Of a stretch of 64,000 bases of DNA, positions 17,118 through 26,495 are shown piece by piece. How positions within the stretch are numbered: position 1 is the first letter of the stretch; every line of letters begins with the position of its first letter. This stretch comes from a virus. Location of the stretch: positions 32,555-96,554 of the IMG/VR virus record IMGVR_UViG_3300025030_000060, one strand, 5' to 3'. Under the pieces are notes generated by a model. The model worked only from the letters and a program-made list of their open reading frames with translations, did no database searches and was not told the origin of the DNA. Made by a program: the position numbers and the translations under genes.

Positions 17118-20100
17118 CTATTCCCCTGATTTATCCTCTGTGATGCCGAATTCCTTCTGCATCTTGGCTGCGGAGGGCACCGGCATTCTCTCTCCGCTGG
17201 CAAGAACGACATCATGGAAGGTAGTCGGGTAGCGGGCAAATACCTTGCCGTTGACACTGGTAGAGATGACCTGCTGGGTGCGAACCTGAAAGCCTGACTT
17301 GTCCGGGAAGGTCATGCGTATGGCGTGATCCCGGACGTTGCCGAAGAGGGCCACGTCGCCGCCGCCCTTGCGCTCCAGCACGTCGCCCAGCTTCCATGCC
17401 ATCTTGTTCTCGAACTGCTCGATGTAGAAGTCGGCGGAATCACTCGCCAGCTTCGCCATGACATTCTGCCAGTTCGGGTTGAGCTTGCGGGTCGGGACCA
17501 TGAGAGGGGCCAACTCTTCGCTTACCCTCGCATAGGTCTGGTTCTCCCACTGGTTCCCACTGCGTCCGGGACGTAGCAGGTTGAAGTCGCCATCGGTGAA
17601 ATAACGCTCAACCATGACGGTGAATCTCGTGGTGATCGACTGTACGATCTCGGTGCGGAAGTCGGCGGAAATGAGGTCGAGGACCTTTTTCAGCTCCGGG
17701 CGCTCCTTGTGGCGCTTCAGGGTCGCGTCCTCCTGCTCCTTCTTTACGGTCTTCTCCTGCTCCTTCTCCAACTTGGCGGTCTGCGCCTCTTCCTTCAGAC
17801 GCTTGTTGATTTCCCGCTCCTTCTGGTCGCGCAGGTCGGCGACGGTCCAATAGAGGTCAAGGTCCCCTATCTGCTCCTTGGAACCGCGTAGGCTGGGTAT
17901 CAACTCGAACTTGTCATTATCCAGATTCTCCATCTCGCGTTTGGTAGTAACTGCATCCATCCGGGCCAGATAGTCCTGCATGCCGGGGATACCAGCGGCT
18001 ATGGAGCGCAGCACGGCTACACGCTGGGGTCCCGTTTTGGGGTTCTTGGGAATGGCAGGGGCGGGCTGCATCGACTGGATTGATTTAGCCAGCGCCCGCG
18101 CCTCTTCCATCTGGTCCGGGGCGAAGGTGGTAGTGCCCCCCGACTCACGGGCGTCGAACTTCACCACGTCGTAAACGGTAAGGGTCCCGGCCTCGCCCGC
18201 CCAATCAAGGTGCGCTTCGGCGCTGTGCCACTCCTTGCCTGCGGCTACCATCGCGGTCATACTGTCGCGCCCCTGCGGGACGTACCAGAACACGTTGAGC
18301 CCGTTTCTTAGCAGTGCTTCGGTATGCTCGGCAACCGTGGCGCTCATGGTGCCCTTAACGATAGCGTCTCCGAAGGAACCGTCTTTACCGCGCTCCGTAC
18401 TGACCTTGAACTCGTCCCGCTTGATCCCGGAACGGAGCATGGCGTCAATGAGGCGGGACGCCTGCATGGTCGGTGCGCCCTTGCGGTTCAGGGACTGTTC
18501 CCACTCCTTGTACGTGGCGTCGGGGTCAGTAGTAGCCGGGGTAGGCTCCGTCTCTTTCACGTCTGCATCCCTGCTCACCTGATAGTAATACCCGTGGCCG
18601 CGCTTCTCATCGTCAAAACTGAACTCGCAAATTTCGTTGAACACGCTTCCGTCGAGGTTATGGATGTAACACTGGTAGTCGTAGGGCTGGATACGGACGG
18701 TTTCAGCCTTTGCAGGGGCATCGGAGCCATCAGACTCGCGGGTAGGCTCCCCTTTGCCATATCGGGCATGTTTGACTCCATTCGTGACGGAGTAGGTATC
18801 GTCGCTCGGACGGGACGGGTTTTCAAAGGTTTCCCGGTCGAGGTCAAAGGCCAGCCCCTTCTTCTCGCAAGCAGCCTTTATGGCTCTGAAGAACTCAGCC
18901 ACGGTCACATTTTGCCGGGATACTTCTACTTCGGATTTCATGGCACCCTCCTTATCGGTAGATGCCACAACCTTAAACCCGTCTTGATTATTTGTCAAAC
19001 GGTTAATCACTCCGGCAGCTTCTTTTGCCTTCATGATAGCCGTTTCTAGGTCCGGATAGATGTTGGCAACCGGCACGACCTCCCCGGAGTCGAGGTCTTT
19101 GAGGGTGACGGAGTAGCCCTTTTCCACCTTGGCAACCCGTGCCTCGGTTCCGTCCTCTTCGTTGCGGAAGGTCTCGATGATCTTGGAGGTAGAGGGCGGG
19201 TCGATGAACCCCGGCCACTTCTGCGCGAAAGCCGCTTGTATGTCGTCAAAGGATACTGCGTCAAGGATTCGGGCTTTCCATGCGAGCGGGGAGCGTTGCG
19301 CCCATTCTCGTAAATCGGACTCTGTGAAAGCCGCTTCCAGTATTACATCAGAGAGCGGCTTTGTGGTGTCACCGGCTGAAAGCCATTCCTTGAAGTCGGG
19401 CATGTGCATGGCGGTCATGGCCCCCAGGCGCTTCGCCCCCTTGCCGTCAGAGAAACCGGCTATGTATAGGTCGCGGGCCTCCTTCTGCGACAACGTGCCA
19501 AGGTAGACTTTTGCTTCGTCGTAGCGGCCCGTTTTGGCGTCCACTTGGTCCACGATGAAAACAAGTTCGCTCTCGGGGTGATCGCCTATGTAGCAGTCAA
19601 CATGATCCCCGTCTTTTGCAAGAGTGCCCTTGAAAAATCCGTAAGTGGCGGCCATGGTCACTTCCCACGGTGTACCATCCGGGTCAATGCCGCTTCTCTT
19701 GCTCCCCTTCGGGTTCTCTATGGAGATACGGAGACCGTGCATGGTGATGTGACCGTGGCGGTAATTACCGGCTTCAAGCTGCGCCTGCGTCGGGTGCGGC
19801 AGGTCGTTCAGGTGAGAGGTGGCGGCCTCATGCGCGGCTGCGTGGACCTCTTCGGCGGTGGCGGATTCGAGGATGGGCTTGACAGGCTTGTCGTCTTTTG
19901 ATACGGTTGGACCTGAACCCGCTTCTTGCTTGCGACTTTCGGAAAGGCCCTCCGATTTGCCACCACTTTCATCCGTGGGAGGAACATGAGGGATATTTAC
20001 GGTCGCCCCTCCGTGAGCAAGGATGCGGGCTTTTTCTTGCCTAAATTTTGACAGATACTTGTTCGCCTTGGGTCCTGACAACTTCCAGAAGTTCCATACT

Positions 20101-20705
20101 ATGTTGGTGCCGTCTTTCGGACCTATCTCTACTATCGTCAGATAGTCTTTCGCAGCATCCCGATATATAAAAAGAACGCTTTTCTCTCTATGCTGTGTAA
20201 GAAAACTCGTGCCTACGTTGGGAAGAATCTCAGTCGGGTGCGTTACGGCCAGTCTCAGGTATTTTTCGTCGTCCTTAGTGAGCTGATTGCCATGTCGATT
20301 GCGGATATAAACGATGGTACTGCCATCTATCGCTATCACGCTCTCTTCAGTGTCAAACCCTAGCGCCCTGACTTCCTGCAAGGCTTTACCTTGCAAGCGT
20401 CCCAATACGCTCGGCTTGAGACGCCACTCAGCATCAGCCGATTCCGTAATAAACCCATCTTCGGCCATGGCTGCGTAAAGCTCATCGCGCCATACACCGC
20501 CGTGTTGTACCGCACTTTCCATAACCGCCCCGATCCCCATGGATTTTTTGAAGACGCCCGTGACGTACTTCCAGAAGCCTTCCCCATCCGACTCTTTGAG
20601 GCCGTTCTCCCCGGCTATCACCTTCGCCTGTTTCCAGCGTTTATCCGCTTCGGCAAGGTCGATGCCAGAATCATCCGCTATGGATTTTACAAGAGCTGCG
20701 GGCAT
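17118..20705 (-). CDS. Large polyvalent head protein (PBECR-type RNase domain, inorganic pyrophosphatase-like domain, further unknown domains)
   Basis: PT.AQ.EAGNY..GH...GL.ISIENP.GS.RSG...DGDHVD...DE.KV.LG InPase motif; YIRNRH...P..I PBECR-like segment. Confidence 0.8.
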   Translation of the reverse strand: MPAALVKSIADDSGIDLAEADKRWKQAKVIAGENGLKESDGEGFWKYVTGVFKKSMGIGAVMESAVQHGGVWRDELYAAMAEDGFITESADAEWRLKPSVLGRLQGKALQEVRALGFDTEESVIAIDGSTIVYIRNRHGNQLTKDDEKYLRLAVTHPTEILPNVGTSFLTQHREKSVLFIYRDAAKDYLTIVEIGPKDGTNIVWNFWKLSGPKANKYLSKFRQEKARILAHGGATVNIPHVPPTDESGGKSEGLSESRKQEAGSGPTVSKDDKPVKPILESATAEEVHAAAHEAATSHLNDLPHPTQAQLEAGNYRHGHITMHGLRISIENPKGSKRSGIDPDGTPWEVTMAATYGFFKGTLAKDGDHVDCYIGDHPESELVFIVDQVDAKTGRYDEAKVYLGTLSQKEARDLYIAGFSDGKGAKRLGAMTAMHMPDFKEWLSAGDTTKPLSDVILEAAFTESDLREWAQRSPLAWKARILDAVSFDDIQAAFAQKWPGFIDPPSTSKIIETFRNEEDGTEARVAKVEKGYSVTLKDLDSGEVVPVANIYPDLETAIMKAKEAAGVINRLTNNQDGFKVVASTDKEGAMKSEVEVSRQNVTVAEFFRAIKAACEKKGLAFDLDRETFENPSRPSDDTYSVTNGVKHARYGKGEPTRESDGSDAPAKAETVRIQPYDYQCYIHNLDGSVFNEICEFSFDDEKRGHGYYYQVSRDADVKETEPTPATTDPDATYKEWEQSLNRKGAPTMQASRLIDAMLRSGIKRDEFKVSTERGKDGSFGDAIVKGTMSATVAEHTEALLRNGLNVFWYVPQGRDSMTAMVAAGKEWHSAEAHLDWAGEAGTLTVYDVVKFDARESGGTTTFAPDQMEEARALAKSIQSMQPAPAIPKNPKTGPQRVAVLRSIAAGIPGMQDYLARMDAVTTKREMENLDNDKFELIPSLRGSKEQIGDLDLYWTVADLRDQKEREINKRLKEEAQTAKLEKEQEKTVKKEQEDATLKRHKERPELKKVLDLISADFRTEIVQSITTRFTVMVERYFTDGDFNLLRPGRSGNQWENQTYARVSEELAPLMVPTRKLNPNWQNVMAKLASDSADFYIEQFENKMAWKLGDVLERKGGGDVALFGNVRDHAIRMTFPDKSGFQVRTQQVISTSVNGKVFARYPTTFHDVVLASGERMPVPSAAKMQKEFGITEDKSGE

Positions 20706-20875
20706 GGTTTCCCCTCTTTAATTAAATTGGTGTGCTCACCGAGACACTTCGGGCAGTAGAAATGGTCGTGAGGGAGGTCAAGGCGGATGGAGTTTACCAG
20801 CCCACAGTCCCCGGCCTCATGATAGTAACCTCTGACATCGTTGCCGCAACAAATGTGCTCAGTCGTCGCCATCAT
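20687..20875 (-). CDS. Small Cys-rich hypothetical protein
   Basis: Fills the gap between hxr and the polyvalent gene; CC..., CPKC. Confidence 0.35.
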   Translation of the reverse strand: MMATTEHICCGNDVRGYYHEAGDCGLVNSIRLDLPHDHFYCPKCLGEHTNLIKEGKPCPQLL

Positions 20876-21215
20876 CGTCATCGTCGGCCCACCGGCTGTC
20901 ATCCTCGGCGTCCGGGTTCTGCTCCGGCACAAAGCCGATGATGTCGTAGGAACTGATACGGCGGTCGTGGTGCGTCGTCTGGTTCATCAGAAGGGCATGG
21001 TCAAGGTCCATAGGGGAGACGGCCTCCAGGGTGAAAAGCTGGCCCCTGAAGCCTATGCCGTGATCCCGGAGGTAGTCCGTCAAGGGTGCCGCGCCGGGGC
21101 CTGTCACTTCCGGGACCGCTGCGACATCCCATTGGGTATCCGGGAAGCTGATCTTCACGGAGCCTGTCAGGGTCATAACCGCAAAGAGGTAGGGGAGTGG
21201 GAGGAAGTATGTCAT
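20859..21215 (-). CDS. Hxr-like protein (positional homolog)
   Basis: Size and position directly after ddrB as in the P1 darA operon. Confidence 0.5.
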   Translation of the reverse strand: MTYFLPLPYLFAVMTLTGSVKISFPDTQWDVAAVPEVTGPGAAPLTDYLRDHGIGFRGQLFTLEAVSPMDLDHALLMNQTTHHDRRISSYDIIGFVPEQNPDAEDDSRWADDDDDGDD

Positions 21216-23405
21216 AGCGCCCCCTTGATGGTCGGGTCCTGCGCGAATTCTTTGGAAATGGTGATCTTCTTTTGGTTGAAAACGTCCCCGGTGAGCCTGT
21301 TGATAGAGTACGCCCCGCTTTCAGGCTTACCCGCCGCGAGGAAGAGCCAGAGCGCCCGCTTCGCGTTCTTCTCGCCCTTCACGTTCCAGGATGACCTAAG
21401 CCTCCCGGAACCGTCCTCGTGAGGCCATACCACGGACCACTTATTTCGGTAGGAGTTGTACAGCGAGTACCCAGTGCCCTCCCAGAAGTCCCCTGCCTTG
21501 GCAATCTTCTTGTCCAGCGCCTTCAGGAAGTCCTCGGAGGTCTGCACGGCGTCTTTCTGGTCCGTCATGGCCGATTGCTGCGCGGCCACTCTTGTTTTGT
21601 CGATCCTCGCCGGGGTCGCCATGTACCCCACCATGAAGTTGAAATGGTCCGGGTCCTTTTCAAGGAGCGTTGCCATGGCTTCCGGGGAGTTGAAATATTG
21701 CATGCCCATGGAAAAGACTTCGGTGATGCCGTTACGGTAATATTTCCCCACATAGGGGTCTATGAAGGAGTCAGCATAAGCTACCTCATCACGCCCGTAC
21801 CGCGTGTTTCCGGTGAGCTGGGAAAGCCTCGTGACTTGCTTATTTTCCACCCTGCCTGTGCGCTGGTCAAGAAAGCGGTTGGAGATGGCCTTCGTTCTCT
21901 CGTCGTCTTCCAGGATGTGGGCGAGTTCGTGGAAAAAGGTAGTCTTGCCAAATGCACCCGCCACATAGACCACGCCAGTCAACGGCTGTGCCGCAGCCCT
22001 CCCACCCCCTTTGGTCTCGAAGCTGATCCGGGAAAGCCTGCCGCCCGTGAGCCGGTGGAACTCAGTCATGTCTTGCTTCAACGTAGTCATGTCGTAGCCG
22101 CGCTTCTTCAGGTTGGTCTGCATGTTCTTGGTGACAAGAACCATTTCGTCAAACCACGCATCGGCGGCCTCTTTGGAAATGGGGGAAGCGGCTATGACGT
22201 GATCCTTGATCTTGCCGATCTCTGTGCGGGCGGTGGCAATCGCGGCCTTCTGCGCTTCGGTGATCGCCTTATACTCTACCGTTATCTGCTCCATCTCGGC
22301 GTTGAGGTCCCCGGCTTCCTTTTTCGGCTTGCTCGTAAAGGGTCTGCATCTCCTGCCGCACGGCCTTCACGGCGTCGTTCTGCTCATCCCAAAGGCCCTG
22401 CATCTTTGCTGACCATGCCTCATACTTTTGGATGTATTCCGCTTGGGTTTGGAAATTATCTCTGGCGTAGGAGTAATCGGCAGGTTTTTCTATTGCCAAA
22501 TTATCCCGGAGCATCTGGTATCCCTTGCCAAGGTTGACGATCTCCAGTTTCTTCCCCTCGTAGCCGTTCTTTTCCAGGGCTGCGGTTCGCCGCTGGTCGT
22601 AAGCGAAGATGATCGGACTGGCCTTGGTGTTCAGCTCTTCCATGGCACGGGTGATCTCGTCGTTGGCCGCTTTGATTCGCCTGATGGCCGCCATGGGGGC
22701 CACGCCTGCGCGGGCGCACACGTTCTGTGCCTCGTCCCGGTATGCTGCGAGCTTCATGTCGGTGTAGGCCGTCGCCTCTATCGGGTTCTTGAGCTGCGCC
22801 GTAGGGACCCCCGTCACTCTCGTGATGGTATCCTTGTAGATAAATACCCCGTTGTCGAGCTGAATGTTGTAGTTGCTCACGATGTTATTGAAATCCCGCG
22901 TCGCCTCCAGGCGGTCGTCAACGTTGGCGTTCTCGTCGTAGGACACCGCCATGAGGGCCTTTAACTTTATGCCCAAAGCCATAATGGCGTCCATGTTCTG
23001 TGCCGCATCCGAAAGGCCGGGGTAGTTGCCAGCAGGCCCGTTGTAGTCGAAGGCATGGGCGAACCATGAAGCCAGCGAAGCGAAGTCGGGAGACGCCTGA
23101 ATTCCTTTGATGGCAGAGACGCGGGCCGTTCCCGCTGCGCTGCCTTCCAATTCGGCAACCTGGATTCCTTCAAACTTGGCGTCATGCTCGGCGATGTCGT
23201 TGCGGAGATGGTCGGCATCCCAGTTGCCGCTAAGGATGTATCCCCTTATCTCGTCCTTCGTGTACCCCTCGTCCTCGTACTGGGGCCAGATTTTGCCCCA
23301 CCACTCGTTAAGCAGGTCGTCGTCCGGGGTGATGGCACCCTCAAAGATGTGCTTCAGTGCCTGCCAGTCGCCGGAACTCGCGGCTTCAAGGATATGCTGC
23401 ATCAC
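21212..23405 (-). CDS. ddrB: DdrB-like protein with C-terminal HExxH metallopeptidase domain, split by a 1-nt frameshift at about 22320
   Basis: FFHELAH and YVGKYY...TEVFSM motifs; ORFs 22269-23405 and 21212-22294 fuse into one coiled coil if one A is removed from GAAAAAG. Confidence 0.7.
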
Positions 23406-24364
23406 CCCTCCAGAAGTTTAGCGAGTTTCGGGTTTTCCATAAACCGCTTTCTCAGCATGGGGTTCTTGGTCTCGATGATGGTTTTCATGTCGAAATCGCC
23501 CAACTGCTCGGCATACTTTGCCGCCTTTTCGGGATCGTCATACTTCTGGCTTTTGAAGTGGGTATCCCCGAATTCGTCAACCTTGCCAGCCTCGTACTGC
23601 TTGCGAAAAAGCTCCACCTGATACTGGTAGCCAGTTTGGGGATGCTCGCCGCGCCAGGCATTCCGGTTGCCCTGTTTCTTCCAGTGCCAAGCAGGGGAGC
23701 CGATGGTAGCTGGTGCCTTGGCCGCTTCGAGAATTGTTGATCCGTTCCAGAGCTTCCCAAATGCCTCCTGCATGGCGCTTTCCATGATGGAAGTCACCTT
23801 GTCGGAGTTCTTCTCGATGTAGGCGATGGCCGGACCCTTCAGGGACTCGATATCCTTGATCTCGTCGGCAATCTCTTTCAGTTTGCCAAGGAAGGCCAGC
23901 GGGTCGAGGCTGTCGAACTTGCCTGCTATCAGGTCGGCGAGGTTCTGGTTAGCCGGTGCAACCTCTTCACCCTTGGATGGGGTGTATTTAAGCGCCATCG
24001 CTAAAACAGCATCAAGCGGGATGTCTCCGGTCCTTTCTCCAACATACCCATTGTAAACCCCTTCCCCGTTCACGCGAATGCGGTAGGCCCCAGCGTCTGT
24101 CTCCCCCGGCTGTCTGACGTAAACCTGCGTGATGCCGTTGGCGTGGCTGTAAACGTCGTCTCCTGTACCTACGCGCTTTGTCCATCCAGCAGGCATAACT
24201 TCGGCGGGGATGTCCACCTTGGCGTTCAGCTTCGCCATGGCGTCCGTCAACTCTCTTTGCAGTCGCCGCTTGTCGGTGAATGAGATACCCCCCGCCGCGA
24301 GGGCGGCGAGGTTCGTCTTTACTATTTTCTGGAGTGCTCTCTTCTCGGCAAATGAAAGGGCCAT
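23402..24364 (-). CDS. ddrA: DdrA-like protein with inserted and C-terminal extra domains
   Basis: MALS N-terminal helices and LADLIAGKF...AFLGKL...AYI..N segment resembling P1 DdrA; position after darA. Confidence 0.65.
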   Translation of the reverse strand: MALSFAEKRALQKIVKTNLAALAAGGISFTDKRRLQRELTDAMAKLNAKVDIPAEVMPAGWTKRVGTGDDVYSHANGITQVYVRQPGETDAGAYRIRVNGEGVYNGYVGERTGDIPLDAVLAMALKYTPSKGEEVAPANQNLADLIAGKFDSLDPLAFLGKLKEIADEIKDIESLKGPAIAYIEKNSDKVTSIMESAMQEAFGKLWNGSTILEAAKAPATIGSPAWHWKKQGNRNAWRGEHPQTGYQYQVELFRKQYEAGKVDEFGDTHFKSQKYDDPEKAAKYAEQLGDFDMKTIIETKNPMLRKRFMENPKLAKLLEG

Positions 24365-24366
24365 GA

Positions 24367-26466
24367 CTACACCCCCGCCGCTTCGTCAGCCAATTTCTGA
24401 CTGAGCGCGTCCGCAGCGGTGTTGAGCCTTTCGTCGTACAGCTCAAGCATGTTCATGCCCTCCAGCATGGAGGCGGCTTCGTCAAGGGCCGCGTCCATTT
24501 CGGCAGACGTGGCATACTCCCCGGCGATGATCGAGTTGAGGATGGTAACAGCCGCGTTCTCTTCGGCACGGTCGGGGTTGGTGTCGCCGGGGTCTGCGGT
24601 CGTAGTCGTTTCAGGCGAAGCGACAGAAGGGATAGCCCCATTGATCTTAGCTGCAAACTCTTCAGGGGTGCCCGTCAGGTCATCAGGGATGAGCATTTCG
24701 TCACCTACCTTCGACTCTTCGCCCGAAATAGTTATTGACTGTATTCTTGCGGTGACACCTACGACATTTGCCCCAGCCCCAACCTGAACGTAGTCGTTGT
24801 CCACAATGAAAGTTGTCTCGCCCACGGTCTTTTGAAACGCATAGGCGAGCTTGGGGTTTTTATCCTTGGAAAGCCAGTCGAGCCCCCTAAGCGCATTGCG
24901 CACTGCGACAATGCGGTCCTGAAAGAAGGCATCCAGCACATCCTGATACTTGAGCTGTAGTTCAGGGTCGGCTATGATGAGCGCGTACCCGCTGGGGGAT
25001 GTCGCGTCAATGGCCGGGGCCGTCATTGGCACAATCCCCCCGTCGCTGAGATAGCCTTGCAGTTTGTCATAACGCACGTTCATAGTAGTGCTATCGGTCC
25101 TGAACTCAATAGCCGGGAGGTTGGACCCGCCAAATTCGCTGGACTCAAGGCTGGAGACTGCGTAGCCGTCCATGTAACTGTCTTTCTCGAAACTCTTGGA
25201 GACGAAATCCTGTCTGCTCATGCGGTAGGTGTCCCCGACGTGGAACTGCGACACTACGGCGGCGTATTTGGCCGCCCACTGCGCCACCGTCTCCCTTCCG
25301 CTGATCTGGTCCTGAAGAACGGCTACGGCCTTATCGAAGGCATTGACGGCGGTAGCCCTGCTCTTCGCTTTGAATTTCTGTTTGTCGGCATTTACGACGA
25401 TGCTCCCACTCTCCCCGTCCTCATAGAAGTTGGTCGACACTTCCTCAAGTCGGGGCTTTGCATCGGTGCCGCCTATGAGTAAGAGTTTGAAGGAACCTTC
25501 CTCTTTAGCATCAAAACCCATGCCGACAAGCACATTGGTGAACTCTGCCACGGCTGCGGCGTAGCCATCCCCGCCCCCAGTGCCCCCCTTCCCCTTGTTC
25601 CCGGCGATGGTCGCCGCCAAGGAATCGACCTGCGACTGAAGCTCTGCGTTGAACTCCTGAACCTTGGTGAGCTGCGCGGTGGCCGCCTGGATGTCAGAAT
25701 CGAGTTTTTCCGCCTGCGCCTGCGTTTCGGTGAGCGTGGCGAGCAAGGTCTGGTTGTTGACCTGCTCGGCTTCTACTTGCCCCCTCACGGTCTCCAGGGA
25801 TGCTTTCTGCTCGGCGATATCCTTCGACTTGGTGGCAAACGCCTTGGCGTTCTTTCCCACCAGCATGGCGACGCGCTTGCCTACCTCTTCCAGGGAGACA
25901 TCGGCCTCCCCCTCGGGCGAGACGGCCACGGTGATGTCCCGCTTGTTGAGAAGCCAGCGAAAGGCCAGGATCTCGTCGGCTGCGGTGATCTTCATCTTGT
26001 TGTTGTCCGGGGAGTGGAAGACGATGGTGATCGTCTGTCCGTCCGAAACAGGGAACTGCACCGTCACCGTGGCGAACATGCCGGACTGCCGGGGCTTGCC
26101 GATGTTGGCCTCCCCTACCGTCAGCCCCTTGTCGGCCATGTACCGGTTCAGGGACTTGGCGAGGGCCATCATGGTCTGCGCCGTCCGGGAGAAGGAACGA
26201 ACCCGCACCGCCTCTAGAACCATCCCGTCGTCCCGCGTGTTACCGCAGCCTGCGCAGTTGCCAGAGCATCCGTCGCAGGTCTGCTCTTCGCCGCCGTACT
26301 CCGCGTCCATGTCGGCCATGTCGGCGCACTCCAGAATCAGCAGCGCCTGTTTCGGGTCACAGGTGAGGCGGTAGTGGGCATCGGTCAGTTGCTCCGGGGT
26401 AAACCCTTTGGCAAACGGGTCAAAGGTAAGTCTGATCTTCCTTGCGTCCTGCATGCGGTATAACAT
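24367..26466 (-). CDS. darA: DarA antirestriction/head morphogenesis protein
   Basis: SDGQT..I.FHSP...LAFRWLLNKRDIT..V.P (DarA_N) and YQD.LD.FFQ.R..AVRNALR.L.W (DarA_C); start MLYRMQ with GGAGG. Confidence 0.9.
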   Translation of the reverse strand: MLYRMQDARKIRLTFDPFAKGFTPEQLTDAHYRLTCDPKQALLILECADMADMDAEYGGEEQTCDGCSGNCAGCGNTRDDGMVLEAVRVRSFSRTAQTMMALAKSLNRYMADKGLTVGEANIGKPRQSGMFATVTVQFPVSDGQTITIVFHSPDNNKMKITAADEILAFRWLLNKRDITVAVSPEGEADVSLEEVGKRVAMLVGKNAKAFATKSKDIAEQKASLETVRGQVEAEQVNNQTLLATLTETQAQAEKLDSDIQAATAQLTKVQEFNAELQSQVDSLAATIAGNKGKGGTGGGDGYAAAVAEFTNVLVGMGFDAKEEGSFKLLLIGGTDAKPRLEEVSTNFYEDGESGSIVVNADKQKFKAKSRATAVNAFDKAVAVLQDQISGRETVAQWAAKYAAVVSQFHVGDTYRMSRQDFVSKSFEKDSYMDGYAVSSLESSEFGGSNLPAIEFRTDSTTMNVRYDKLQGYLSDGGIVPMTAPAIDATSPSGYALIIADPELQLKYQDVLDAFFQDRIVAVRNALRGLDWLSKDKNPKLAYAFQKTVGETTFIVDNDYVQVGAGANVVGVTARIQSITISGEESKVGDEMLIPDDLTGTPEEFAAKINGAIPSVASPETTTTADPGDTNPDRAEENAAVTILNSIIAGEYATSAEMDAALDEAASMLEGMNMLELYDERLNTAADALSQKLADEAAGV

Positions 26467-26495
26467 TGGTGTCCCTCCCTCCGGGAAATTGATGG

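Noticed and set aside
20046-20058. TTTGACAGATA operator-like match
   Set aside because: Lies inside coding sequence and is only a partial match; probably chance.
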